NCBI GenBank assembly: GCA_963805975.1 | Contig: CAWDVR010000003.1 | Location: 352,001 to 416,000 of the forward strand | DNA: 64,000 nucleotides | Origin: an uncultured Acidobacteriota bacterium | Lineage (GTDB): Bacteria; Acidobacteriota; Thermoanaerobaculia; Multivoradales; SZUA-115 | Direction of reading: 5' to 3' | Part shown: one piece after another, positions 53,039 through 62,631 of the stretch | Layout: the number at the start of each line of letters is the position of its first letter | Numbering within the stretch: position 1 is the stretch's first letter | Program-made: the position numbers and the translations under genes | The notes under the pieces: model-generated | What the model was told of the DNA's origin: nothing | Seen by the model: the letters and a program-made list of their open reading frames with translations, nothing else | Databases searched by the model: none

Positions 53039-55282
53039 ATGGCTCGAAGGTCCCTGCTCCTCGCCCTGCCGCTCACTCTCGGTGCTGGCCTGCCCGCCTC
53101 CGCCGCCCTCGAGCCCATGAACCCCGCCCATCTCCCGCTCCTCGCCAAGGTCTCGAGCCCCCACCTGTCGCCGGACGGCCGAGCCGTGGTGTTCAGCTCG
53201 GGGCGCCAGGATCTCGCCTCTGACAGAGAGGTGCAGGAAATCAAGCTGGCCGTGACCAATACCGGCGGAACCTCGACAATCGGGCCGGGCAGCCAGCCCC
53301 GTTTCTCGCCGGACGGCCGGCGGATCGCCTTCGTTTCCGAGAGTGACAGCGGCAAGCCGGCGATCTGGCTCTACGACCTCGAGGCCAAGGAGAGCCGCAA
53401 GCTGGTGGACCTCCATCCGAGCGACCACTTCCTGGGCCACGAGGCGGACGAGGGCTTCGCGTGGTCCCCGCAGGGCGACGCCATCGCGTTTCTGTCCGGC
53501 GAGCCTCCTCCGGCGGAGGGGGAAGGCGAGACGGCGAGCGACGTGAAGGTCATCTCGCGCATCCTCTACAAGACCCGCACCGGCCTCTCGGACGATCGGC
53601 CGACGCACGTCTGGTGGGTGGCGACCGAGGGCGCCGATGCCGGCAAGGCGCGGCTGCTCACTCCGGGCGCGTTCGACGAGCACTCGCTCAGCGTCTCGCC
53701 GGACGGTCGCGAGATCGTCTTCGTGAGCAACCGCTCCGCCGACCCGGACGGTACCTACGTGGACGACCTCTGGGTGGTGGAGGTGGCGACCGGCAAGGTG
53801 CGGCGGCTGACCGACACCGCCGGCACCGAGATGCGGCCGGCGTGGTCGCCGGACGGCTCGCGAATCGCTTACCTCGCCACCCGCCGCAGCGCCAACACCA
53901 AGGACAGCCAGGCGGAGGACCCGCACGTCTTCGCCATGCCGGCCGCCGGCGGCCCGGCCCGCGACCTCTCGGCGCCGCTCGACCGCCGGCCGCAGGCGCT
54001 CCTCTGGCACCCGGACGGCGAGAGCTTGTGGCTGACGATCGACGACCAGGGCCGGCGGCCCGTGCTGCGGCTCCCGGCGCCGCGCACCGCCGGGGCCGCG
54101 GGTTCCGGGGAAGCGGGGAAGGCGCCGGCCGTGCAGCGCTTCACCGAAGGGTTCTTCCAGGCGAGCGAGCTCTCGCTCGACCGTGAAGGCAACACCCTGG
54201 CCTACCTGAAGAGCGAGGTGGCGCGCCCGCCGGAGGTCTTCGTCACCCAGATCCGCTCCCGCCGCACCCACCAGGTCACGCAGGAGAACCGGCCCTTCCT
54301 CCAGCGAGTGGCGGTGCAGGGCGCGGACACCCTCGAAGCGCAGACCGCCGACGGCACCAAAGTCCAGGCGTTTCTGATGAAGCCTGCGGGCTGGCGGTCC
54401 ACGGGCAAGCACCCGCTGGTGCTCTGGGTGCACGGCGGGCCGCACGGCATGGCGGGCTATGGCTTCTCGGAGCGTTTCCAGCTCCTCGCCGGCCGTGGCC
54501 TGGCCGTGCTCGCGGTCAACCCGCGCGGCTCCACCGGCTACGGCCAGGCTTTCGGCGACGCGGCGCTCGCCGATTGGGGTGGCGGCGACTACCAGGACCT
54601 CCTCGCCGCCGTGGACCAGGCGATCCGGGAATACCCGTGGATCGACGGCGAGCGCCTCGGCGTGGCCGGCGGCAGCTACGGCGGCTACATGACGAACTGG
54701 GTCGTCACGCAGACCCGCCGCTTCAAGGCGGCGGCTTCCTTCGCCGGCCTCTCGAACCTGGTGAGCTTCTACGGCACCAGCCTCTACCCGGACCTGATCG
54801 AGGTGGAGTTCGGTGGCAAGCCCTGGGAGGGCGAGAACTTCTACAAACTGTGGCGCCGCTCGCCGCTCGCCTTCGTGGACAAGGTGGAGACCCCGATCCT
54901 CTTCCTGCACGGTGAGAACGACAACGACGTGCCCATCGAGCAGGCGGAGGAGATGTACATGGCGCTCAAGAAGCGCGGCGTCGACACCCTCCTGGTGCGC
55001 TACCCGGGCGAAGGCCATGGTCTCGAGACGCTGCGCCACAGGGCTGACTTCAGCACCCGGCTCCGCGACTGGTTCGGGAAACACCTGGCGGCGGCCGAGC
55101 CGGTGCTGCGGCCGCCGGAGGAGCTCGCGCCGCCGGCTGCCACGCCGCCCCCGGCCGCCACTCCGCCACCGTCGGCCGCGGTGCCCAAGCTGCCCCCGGC
55201 CGTGGACAAGGTCGTGTCCCTGCCGGCCCGAGCACCCGCCAGCGCACCGCCGGTGCTCGAGCGGAAGCCGCCGTCTCACTGA
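53039..55282 (+). CDS. S9 family peptidase (acylaminoacyl/dipeptidyl type) with Pro-rich tail
   Basis: Signal peptide, SPDG propeller repeats, HGGPH, GGSYGG, D and EGH catalytic triad. Confidence 0.95.
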   Translation: MARRSLLLALPLTLGAGLPASAALEPMNPAHLPLLAKVSSPHLSPDGRAVVFSSGRQDLASDREVQEIKLAVTNTGGTSTIGPGSQPRFSPDGRRIAFVSESDSGKPAIWLYDLEAKESRKLVDLHPSDHFLGHEADEGFAWSPQGDAIAFLSGEPPPAEGEGETASDVKVISRILYKTRTGLSDDRPTHVWWVATEGADAGKARLLTPGAFDEHSLSVSPDGREIVFVSNRSADPDGTYVDDLWVVEVATGKVRRLTDTAGTEMRPAWSPDGSRIAYLATRRSANTKDSQAEDPHVFAMPAAGGPARDLSAPLDRRPQALLWHPDGESLWLTIDDQGRRPVLRLPAPRTAGAAGSGEAGKAPAVQRFTEGFFQASELSLDREGNTLAYLKSEVARPPEVFVTQIRSRRTHQVTQENRPFLQRVAVQGADTLEAQTADGTKVQAFLMKPAGWRSTGKHPLVLWVHGGPHGMAGYGFSERFQLLAGRGLAVLAVNPRGSTGYGQAFGDAALADWGGGDYQDLLAAVDQAIREYPWIDGERLGVAGGSYGGYMTNWVVTQTRRFKAAASFAGLSNLVSFYGTSLYPDLIEVEFGGKPWEGENFYKLWRRSPLAFVDKVETPILFLHGENDNDVPIEQAEEMYMALKKRGVDTLLVRYPGEGHGLETLRHRADFSTRLRDWFGKHLAAAEPVLRPPEELAPPAATPPPAATPPPSAAVPKLPPAVDKVVSLPARAPASAPPVLERKPPSH

Positions 55283-55298
55283 CTCGGAGGATTCGACG

Positions 55299-56186
55299 AT
55301 GAGCCTGTCCACTCTGGCCCGCAAGCCCGGCGAGCGGTTCGACCTTGCCGAGATCGATCCCCGCTCGACGCCGGGCATCCGGGGCAAGGCGGCCGCGGAG
55401 CAGGAGAGAGCGCGCCTGCTCGAGCGGCTGACGCTCCTTCAGCAGCGGCTCTACGCCGGGGGCGAGCACGCCTTGCTGGTGGTGCTCCAGGGCATGGACG
55501 CGAGCGGCAAGGACGGCGTCATCCGCCACCTGGGCGGCGCCTTCGGCCCGCAGGGAACCGTGGTCACGGCGTTCAAGGTGCCGACGCCCGAGGAGCTGTC
55601 CCACGACTTCCTGTGGCGGGTTCACCGGGCGGTGCCGGGCAAGGGCAAGATCGGGATCTTCAACCGCTCGCAGTACGAGGACGTGGGCGTGGTGCGGGTC
55701 AAGAACCTGGTGCCCGAGGCGGTGTGGGGCAAGCGCTACGACGCGATCAATCGCTTCGAGCGCCTGTTGGCCGACAACGCGGTCACGATCGTCAAGCTCT
55801 TCCTCCACATCAGCCCCCAGGAGCAGGCCGAGCGCCAGCGCGACCGTCAGCGGGACCCGGAGGAGCGCTGGAAGTTCAATCCCGACGACCTCGGCGACCG
55901 CAAGCTGTGGCCGGAGTTCATGGCGGCGTACGGCGAGGCGCTGACCCGCTGCAACACCGCCTGGGCGCCGTGGCACGTGATCCCCGCCGATCGCAAGTGG
56001 TACCGCAACTGGGCGATCTCCCAGCTTCTGGTCGCGACCCTGGAGGACCTGAAGCTCGACTACCCGCCGGCGCCGGACGACATCGAGAGCCACGAGATCC
56101 CCGAGGTCAAGTGGCCTCCTCGCCGCCGCGCACCCAAGCGGGCACCGGCCGCTTCTCGAAGCGGTCGAGGTCGAGGCAAACGGTGA
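55299..56186 (+). CDS. ppk2: Polyphosphate kinase 2 family protein
   Basis: QGMDASGKDG, FKVPT.EE..HDFLWR, FNRSQYEDV, WKF, PADRKWYRN. Confidence 0.95.
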   Translation: MSLSTLARKPGERFDLAEIDPRSTPGIRGKAAAEQERARLLERLTLLQQRLYAGGEHALLVVLQGMDASGKDGVIRHLGGAFGPQGTVVTAFKVPTPEELSHDFLWRVHRAVPGKGKIGIFNRSQYEDVGVVRVKNLVPEAVWGKRYDAINRFERLLADNAVTIVKLFLHISPQEQAERQRDRQRDPEERWKFNPDDLGDRKLWPEFMAAYGEALTRCNTAWAPWHVIPADRKWYRNWAISQLLVATLEDLKLDYPPAPDDIESHEIPEVKWPPRRRAPKRAPAASRSGRGRGKR

Positions 56187-56514
56187 CCACCCGTGCCCCG
56201 GCGACCGGCTCCTCCTCGCCGCGCTTGAAGAAGGTGAAGCGGAAAGTGAGCGACGAGGCGCCGACGCTTTCGATGACGACCTCGATCTCGATCGCGTCGC
56301 CGTAGCGCAGGGGGCGGCGGAAGTCGACCTCGACCCGGACGGCCGGGAAGCCCAGCCGTTCCTCGGCCAGGAGCCGCGGGTACGGCACCCCCAGCGCCCC
56401 GGCGAAGAACTCCTCCATCGCCACGTGGCAGTAGTGCAGATACCGCGGGTAGTAGACGATCCCCGCGGAGTCCACGTCGCCGAAGCACAGGGTGTGGTGC
56501 GAGCGGAAGGGCAC
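56107..56514 (-). CDS. Acyl-CoA thioesterase (4-HBT hot-dog fold)
   Basis: FGDVDSAGIVYYPRY, VDFRRPLRYGD. Confidence 0.92.
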   Translation of the reverse strand: MPFRSHHTLCFGDVDSAGIVYYPRYLHYCHVAMEEFFAGALGVPYPRLLAEERLGFPAVRVEVDFRRPLRYGDAIEIEVVIESVGASSLTFRFTFFKRGEEEPVAGARVVTVCLDLDRFEKRPVPAWVRGGEEAT

Positions 56515-56519
56515 GGAGA

Positions 56520-57416
56520 TCAGCCGTCGAGCCGGCGCCGGCTCTCGATCTCGATTCGTTCACCGCTCACCGGGTCGCGGAAGGCGAGGCACCGGGCGAG
56601 GAGGAGGAGCGGCTTGGCGAAGTCCGGCGGCGCCTCGGGCGCGAGATCAGGGTAGTAGCGATCGCCCTCGATGGGGAAGCCCAGCCCGGCCATGTGCAGC
56701 CGGAGCTGGTGCTTCTTGCCGGTCGCGGGCCGGAGGCGGAAGAGGCCGCGGCCCGCGCGCCACTCGAGGAGCGCGATCTGCGTCCTGGCGTTGGACGGAC
56801 CCGGCTCCTCGCGCATGCGAAACCAGGGCTCACCGGCCACCAGCCGGTTCTCGACCCACCACTCCTCGGCCTCCGGTCGCTCGGCGACCCGCGCCACCGC
56901 GAGGTACTCCTTCTCGACCTCGCCGCGCTCGAACAGGCCCTGGTAGAGGCCGCGGGCCTCCTGTCGCTTGGTGAAGAGCACCAGGCCGGAGGTGTCGCGG
57001 TCCAGGCGATGGGCCGGTGCCAGGGTGGCGCAGCCGTTCGCCTGCTGGAGACGGAAGAGCAGGCACTCGTTGACGTAGGGGCCGGCGGGCACCACGGGAA
57101 GAAACGGCGGCTTGTCGGCGACCAGGAAGTCGTCCGTTTCGAGCAGCACCTCGGCGGTGAACGGCACCGGCGGCTCGGCCTCCACCTCACGGAAGTAGGC
57201 GAGGCAAAGGCCGGGCGGGAGCGGCGTCTCCAAACCCACCGCCTCCCCGTCCGCGGCGCGCACCCGGCCGGCCTCGATGCGCTGGCGCCAGCTCTCTCGC
57301 CCGATCCGTGGAAAGCGGGCGGCGAGGAAGTCGAGGGCACGAGGTGGCGGCGTGCCCGGCGCCCCCGGCACGGTGACGAACGAGGGCCGGGGCGCCCGGC
57401 TCCGTGTCCGGCTCAG
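56520..57416 (-). CDS. RluA-family pseudouridine synthase (start uncertain: CTG 57416 or GTG 57371)
   Basis: DKPPFLP, HRLDRDTSG, KEY.A, TGKKHQLRLH, GDRYY. Confidence 0.92.
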   Translation of the reverse strand: MSRTRSRAPRPSFVTVPGAPGTPPPRALDFLAARFPRIGRESWRQRIEAGRVRAADGEAVGLETPLPPGLCLAYFREVEAEPPVPFTAEVLLETDDFLVADKPPFLPVVPAGPYVNECLLFRLQQANGCATLAPAHRLDRDTSGLVLFTKRQEARGLYQGLFERGEVEKEYLAVARVAERPEAEEWWVENRLVAGEPWFRMREEPGPSNARTQIALLEWRAGRGLFRLRPATGKKHQLRLHMAGLGFPIEGDRYYPDLAPEAPPDFAKPLLLLARCLAFRDPVSGERIEIESRRRLDG

Positions 57417-57979
57417 GCCGCCGGCCACAGCCAACCGAAGATCCCCGCCATCAGGAGCCCGTACACTATGCCGTCGAAGATCTCCTTCAGGATGCTCGAC
57501 CAGCTCCGGCCGAACCAGATCGCGAAGGTCGGCAGCGCCCCGGCCCAGGCGAGAATGCCGGCCGTGCCCACCACCTGGAAGACCCGCAGGTACTCGGCGC
57601 CGGCGGGCACGGTGCGGCTCGCCAGGTAGGCGACGAGGAGCGAGACGATGCCGCAGTGCAGGAGGTAGAGCACCATGCTCTGGCCCATGTTGGCGCCGCC
57701 GGCCGGGAAGAGCACCAGCATGCCGGCGGGCCCTTCCTTCATCTTGCGCTGGATCTCCGGGTCCTTCATCGACTTGGAGTCTGCGCAATGGGGGAACGTG
57801 AACTGCCCGGGCCGCGAAGCGTTCTGCTGCTTCAGCTGGGCGATGAGGGCGTCCTCGTTGGGCAGCTTCTTCCAGTCGGGACGATGGTGCGGGAGCACCA
57901 TCCAGAACACGAAGCCGGCGAACCACAGGACCACGGCGGAGACGACGATCGGCAACCACAGAGCGGACAAAGAGACCAT
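57413..57979 (-). CDS. Hypothetical 4-TM membrane protein
   Basis: SD AAGGAGG, hydrophobic segments, typical GC3 bias. Confidence 0.8.
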   Translation of the reverse strand: MVSLSALWLPIVVSAVVLWFAGFVFWMVLPHHRPDWKKLPNEDALIAQLKQQNASRPGQFTFPHCADSKSMKDPEIQRKMKEGPAGMLVLFPAGGANMGQSMVLYLLHCGIVSLLVAYLASRTVPAGAEYLRVFQVVGTAGILAWAGALPTFAIWFGRSWSSILKEIFDGIVYGLLMAGIFGWLWPAA

Positions 57980-58222
57980 GAGTCCCTCCTTCGGGTGGAA
58001 GCTTCCCCGGCGTTGCCGGGAAAGGCCGTTGACCAGGCTTGAGGCTGGCAGGATCCTAGCCCGTTTTCGCCATCGCGTGGCGCCGGTCACGCTCCCGCCT
58101 CCCGCTTCCCGGGTGACGCCGGCGCCACACGGCGCTGCTGGGGGTCTTCCTTTTCACCGGCTGGAGCAAGGTCACGGGGTCGTTGCTATCGTTGCGGGTC
58201 TACCGCAGCCGGATCTGACCCG

Positions 58223-58476
58223 ATGCCACTCTCCGCCGCCGATCTCGACCACCTCCTCGCCGCCGCCCTCGCTGCTGCGCGGCGGGCCGGCGCCATCCAG
58301 CGCCAGTATTTCCGCGCGCCTGGCCTCACGGTGGAGCACAAGGCCGACACCTCGCCGGTGACGGTGGCGGACCGACGGAGCGAGGAGGCGATCCGCGAGA
58401 CGCTCCGCCGCGCCACGCCCGAGCTCGGCCTCTGTGGCGAGGAGCACCCGCCCGAGAGCGACGCGCGCGACCGCTG
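58223..58476 (+). pseudogene. 5' fragment of an inositol monophosphatase / HisN-like gene
   Basis: K.D.SPVT.AD..SE..IR...GEE; homology ends just before the expected W..DPIDGT motif. Confidence 0.85.
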
Positions 58477-58784
58477 TGGTCCGCATCGCGCCCGGTGGGG
58501 TATTTCATGAAGAGATCGGACTTCGAGACCGCCCATGTCTCGGGATTCACCTCCTGGCCGAAGAGGTGGATCTCGGCGCCGCTGTTGAGGACGGGCCGCA
58601 GCAGATCGCCGTTCTTCCTCAAGCCGGCGGTGATGTGCTCCTTGGCGATCATCAGCATGCCGCCGGAGCCGCAGCACGGGTGATACACCGTGAAGACGGC
58701 GCCACGGCGGCGCATGCGCTCATCGGCCCCTGCGAGCATCAGGTCCACCATCAGGTGAACGACGTCACGCAGCGTGAAGTGCTC
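58476..58784 (-). pseudogene. hsdM: Internal fragment of a type I restriction-modification methyltransferase
   Basis: EHFTLRDVVHLM...VYHPCCGSGGML...FGQEVNPETWAVSK; no start codon, degenerate motifs. Confidence 0.88.
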
Positions 58785-59761
58785 TCGAGGGCCGCCGTGG
58801 CGAACCGCCGCACGATCTCGCCGGCGGGCTCGATCGCGTGGATGCCTGCGACGCTCTTGCCGGCTTGGAGGTAGTCCCGGTAGGAGAACTTGCGGCGCAG
58901 CGACTTCTTGAGCTTCCAGAAGGATTGCAGCGTGTAGAAGGTGCGCATCCAGTGCTTGGTGCGCCGGCCCTTGAGCAGGAAGCGGCCGAGGGGCCCGGCC
59001 TTGGTGCCCGCCTGCTCGATGTAGGGCGTGCGGATCACGGACACGGGAACGCCGGTCATGCGCTCGGTGAGCACGATGTCCTCCTCGCCGGCGGCGAGGA
59101 TCGCCTGCTTGTAGTCCTCGTGCGCCGAGCACTCGGTGGTGGCGATGAAGCGGGTGCCCATCTGCACGCCGGCATATCCCATCTGGAGCGCGCGGACGAA
59201 GTCCTCCTCGGTGCCGATGCCGCCGGCGCACACCACCGGCACGCCCAGGGGCTCGAGCTCCGCCAGCAGGACCTCGGCGCTCCGCGGCCCGGCGTGGCCC
59301 CCGGCGCGGTTGTTGACGGCGATCAGGCCGTCCGCGCCCTCGACCAGGCCCTTCTCCGCCCACTTGCGCTCGGTGACGTCGTGGAACACCAGGCCGCCTG
59401 CGGCGTGGGCCTTCTCGACCACCCAGCGCGGGTTGCCGAGCGAGGTGATGAAGAAGCGCACGCCCTCCTCGATCGCCAGGTCCACGTAGTGCTGCATGCG
59501 CTCCTGGTAGACCTTGGACGACTTCTCGACGATCACGTTCATGCCCACCGGCTTCGAAGTACGGCGGCGGATCTCGGCCATGCCCTCCTTGAAGTCCCAG
59601 CCGTGCACGTAGACCAGCGACAGGGGTTGCACCACGCCGATCCCCCCGGCTTCGGACGCGGCGGCCACCAGTTCGGGGTTCGAGGCCGGGTACATGGGGC
59701 CGCAGATGAGCGGCACCTCGATGCCGAGCTTCTCGGTCAGGGGTGTCTCTAGGAGCGACAT
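58751..59761 (-). CDS. Nitronate monooxygenase / FabK-like flavoenzyme
   Basis: AAASEAGGIG, AGGHAG, AGGIG, GVQMGTRFIAT.E, QAGKSV. Confidence 0.92.
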   Translation of the reverse strand: MSLLETPLTEKLGIEVPLICGPMYPASNPELVAAASEAGGIGVVQPLSLVYVHGWDFKEGMAEIRRRTSKPVGMNVIVEKSSKVYQERMQHYVDLAIEEGVRFFITSLGNPRWVVEKAHAAGGLVFHDVTERKWAEKGLVEGADGLIAVNNRAGGHAGPRSAEVLLAELEPLGVPVVCAGGIGTEEDFVRALQMGYAGVQMGTRFIATTECSAHEDYKQAILAAGEEDIVLTERMTGVPVSVIRTPYIEQAGTKAGPLGRFLLKGRRTKHWMRTFYTLQSFWKLKKSLRRKFSYRDYLQAGKSVAGIHAIEPAGEIVRRFATAALESTSRCVTSFT

Positions 59762-59831
59762 GAAGGAGGGCAGAGCTCGCGGACGGTGGCTCATTCTATG
59801 CCACCCGGGAACTGATACCCTGCCTGCCCGC

Positions 59832-60890
59832 ATGCTCCCGCAAGGCCGATCCCGCTGGCTCGTCCTCCTACCCGGCCTCGGTGCCGCGCTCGCCGTGGCG
59901 CTCGCCGCGCGCCTCGTCCACGGCCTGCTGCCGGCGGCGCTCGCCGCACCGCTGGGCGAGGTGGTGCTGGCGGTGCTCCTGGGGCTCGTCGCGGGCAACC
60001 TGCTGCCGCTGCCGGCCGCGCTCGAGCCCGGCCTGCGCTTCGGATTCGGCACGGTGCTGCGCCTGGCCATCGTGCTCCTGGGGGCGCGGCTCTCGTTCCT
60101 CACCGTGGTGGCGATCGGCGGCAAGGCGCTCGCGATGATCGCCGTGCTGATGACCCTGGCGCTGGTACTGGCGCACCACGTGGGGCGCCTCCTGGGGGTG
60201 GCGCCCAGGCTGGCCGCGCTGATCGGCGTCGGCACGGCGGTGTGCGGCAACACGGCGATCTCCGCCACCGCGCCGGTGATCGAGGCGCGGGACGAGGAGG
60301 TGTCCTTCGCCATCGCCACCAACACGCTCCTGGGCACGCTGGCGGTGTTCTGCTATCCGCTCCTGGGCCGCGCCCTGGGCTTCTCGGATGCGGCCTACGG
60401 CACCTGGGCGGGCCTGGCGGTCAACGACACCTCGCAGGTGGTGGCGGCGGGCTTCGCCTTCAGCACGGCGGCGGGGGAGGTGGCGACCGCGGTGAAGCTC
60501 ACCCGCAACGCCCTGATGGGAGTCGTGATCGTGCTCATGGGCTTCCTCTACGGGCCACGCGAGGGCGCCGGCCCTGCTGTGAGCTTCGGCGCGCGGCTCC
60601 GCCAGTCCGTGCCAGTCTTCGTCTACGGCTTCCTGGGCATGGCCCTGCTGAATACGCTGGGAGCATTCGACGCCGCCTCGACGGTGCTCCGCTTCGACCT
60701 CTCGGCCGCGCTCGCGGCGTGCGCCCGGTTCCTGATCCTGGTCGCGCTGGCCGCAGTGGGGCTCGCCACCCGCCTCGCCGCCCTGCGGCGGACCGGCGTC
60801 CGGCCCTTCTACCTGGGCTTGATGGTGGCCGCCGCCACCTCGGCCACGAGCCTGCTGCTGATCCGCTGGCTCGGCCCGGCGGGCGGGTAG
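59832..60890 (+). CDS. YeiH / putative sulfate exporter family membrane protein
   Basis: LRLAIVLLG, GTAVCGNTAI.A.AP, DTSQV, VKLTRN. Confidence 0.92.
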   Translation: MLPQGRSRWLVLLPGLGAALAVALAARLVHGLLPAALAAPLGEVVLAVLLGLVAGNLLPLPAALEPGLRFGFGTVLRLAIVLLGARLSFLTVVAIGGKALAMIAVLMTLALVLAHHVGRLLGVAPRLAALIGVGTAVCGNTAISATAPVIEARDEEVSFAIATNTLLGTLAVFCYPLLGRALGFSDAAYGTWAGLAVNDTSQVVAAGFAFSTAAGEVATAVKLTRNALMGVVIVLMGFLYGPREGAGPAVSFGARLRQSVPVFVYGFLGMALLNTLGAFDAASTVLRFDLSAALAACARFLILVALAAVGLATRLAALRRTGVRPFYLGLMVAAATSATSLLLIRWLGPAGG

Positions 60891-60896
60891 AAGGCG

Positions 60897-61631
60897 CTAC
60901 GGCACCACGCTCGTCCACGCCGAGGTGTCCCCGCTCTCGAAGCCGTCGGTGAAGATCCCGAGACCGGTTGCGATGGCGAGGTTGTCCAGGCGCACGTCGT
61001 GGTCGGTGAAGCCGAAGACGAAGCCGGGCTCGAGGGTGGTGTAGGCCACCTCGTCGATGCCGGCGAGGACGCTCGCGAAGGTGCGGTCCGGCGGCAGGAT
61101 CGGGTTGGCGCCCGCATCCTCGGCGCCGTAGCCGCGCCAGCCGGGCGGCAGGGCCGCGGCCCCGGTGTCGAAGATGGTGACCGACAGCCGGGTCCAGGTG
61201 CCGTGCTCGGCCGCCGAGACGTCGCCGAACTTGTACCAGACGGAGGTCCAGGGAAAGCCCTCTTCGGGGTCGTCGTAGTCGCGCAGCTCGATCAGCCAGG
61301 GGCGTGACACGGGCGAGCCGAAGAAGCTGATCGCGTCCACCTTCAGGTCGTGCGCGAGCCGCACCGAGCCGACCGTGGTGTAGTCGAAGACGAAGGCGGC
61401 GTTGGTGTCGTTCGCGAAGGTGATGCCGAAGTCGTTGAACACGGTGTGGAGGTTGGCGCCGGGATTGCCGCCGGCCGGGTCGATGACCGTCGTGCCGCCC
61501 CCACCCTGCGGCCCCTGCCAGCCCTCCGGGCCGCTGTCGAAGGGGACGGTCGAGTCCGCGACGGCCGTGCCGGCCGGCAGACAGGCGAGGGCGAGAGCGA
61601 GGCCGATCGAAGTGGCGAGATCCCTCTTCAT
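60897..61631 (-). CDS. Secreted beta-sandwich-like protein with FxDGFE tail
   Basis: Signal peptide, PFDSGPEGW...GGNPG...RLDNLAI, tail IFTDGFESGDTSAWTSVVP. Confidence 0.85.
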   Translation of the reverse strand: MKRDLATSIGLALALACLPAGTAVADSTVPFDSGPEGWQGPQGGGGTTVIDPAGGNPGANLHTVFNDFGITFANDTNAAFVFDYTTVGSVRLAHDLKVDAISFFGSPVSRPWLIELRDYDDPEEGFPWTSVWYKFGDVSAAEHGTWTRLSVTIFDTGAAALPPGWRGYGAEDAGANPILPPDRTFASVLAGIDEVAYTTLEPGFVFGFTDHDVRLDNLAIATGLGIFTDGFESGDTSAWTSVVP

Positions 61632-61643
61632 GCCAGACCGCTC

Positions 61644-62576
61644 CTACAGGCGAGTCTCGTTTCCCGAGTCGATGTCGGCGGAGTCGGTATCGTAGTTGAA
61701 CTTGATCATCTTCTTGCGCTTGGTTCGGAGATCATCCAGGAGCTTTTTGCGCTCGTTCTGTGGCAGCTCTGTCAGGTCGACTTCCGTCTTGGTGGGGTAT
61801 TCCAGGGCCGACCCGGCGTAGGCCCTCTTGAGTGCAGCGTGGTCCTTTTTCTGCTTCTTATCCAGAATATTTATCCTCTTATTATCGCTAGAATCAACGT
61901 ACTTGTCCTTGGCGGCCCGATAGTTGGCCCCGGCCTTCATGTTGGAAGTGCCCTGGCTCCAGTACATCGGCGTCTTTTGGGCCTCTGCATCGATTTTGCT
62001 CGCGAAAGCGTCCTCGACCTCGAGCATCGTGGACCCGCACCCCAGATGCTTGGCCATTTGATCGATCGTTTGGCCCACGTACCGCTTCTCCCAGTCGCCC
62101 ACGTGGACATCCCAGCCAAGCATGTGGCTGCGGTGGGAGCCCTTGCCCTCCGTACCCAGGATGCTCTTGGGGCCGGGATAGGTGCGCTCGAAGACCCGAA
62201 CCCGTGTGATGGTCAAGTCCTTTACGTCCGTGATCGTTCCGGTTATGGCGACGGACACCTTCGCCTGAACGGTGGCCCCCAGCGGCAGCGGGGGGTGCGG
62301 AGGGAAAGGAGGCACCCCGGGCCGGGCGTGAGGAGGCATTGCCGACCGGGCGTGAGGCACCGGCGGCTGGGCGTGTGGTGGGGGCGCCGGCGCGGCGGCG
62401 GCGGGGCACCGGGCCACCACCGGGGCCGGCCTGGCGAGCGCCTGGGCCACGTGGGGCGCCAAGGGCCGCCTGAAACCGGCGGTGGCGCTTGGTTGCATGG
62501 TCTGGGGAGCCGGCCGCCCGCGGCCCGCCTGGAGAGCGACCGCTAGATGAGGTGCGAGGCGACGCTGTGAGCCCAT
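61644..62576 (-). CDS. Hypothetical modular protein: Pro/Ala/His-rich leader + lower-GC charged C-terminal domain (effector-like)
   Basis: SD AAGGAGG before ATG 62576; LAPHL/LAPHV repeats, VQAK junction, abrupt compositional change. Confidence 0.75.
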   Translation of the reverse strand: MGSQRRLAPHLAVALQAGRGRPAPQTMQPSATAGFRRPLAPHVAQALARPAPVVARCPAAAAPAPPPHAQPPVPHARSAMPPHARPGVPPFPPHPPLPLGATVQAKVSVAITGTITDVKDLTITRVRVFERTYPGPKSILGTEGKGSHRSHMLGWDVHVGDWEKRYVGQTIDQMAKHLGCGSTMLEVEDAFASKIDAEAQKTPMYWSQGTSNMKAGANYRAAKDKYVDSSDNKRINILDKKQKKDHAALKRAYAGSALEYPTKTEVDLTELPQNERKKLLDDLRTKRKKMIKFNYDTDSADIDSGNETRL

Positions 62577-62631
62577 GGTCCGGCCTCCTTCTGCCGCGGC
62601 GGATAGGGCCTCGGTTCGGGGCCGACCCTGC

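Noticed and set aside
56107-56186. 80-nt convergent overlap of ppk2 and the thioesterase
   Set aside because: The ppk2 tail in the overlap is low-complexity and basic; most simply a lost stop codon with run-on
58078-58129. GC-rich inverted repeat between divergent genes as a riboswitch or ncRNA
   Set aside because: Only one hairpin and no recognisable riboswitch consensus
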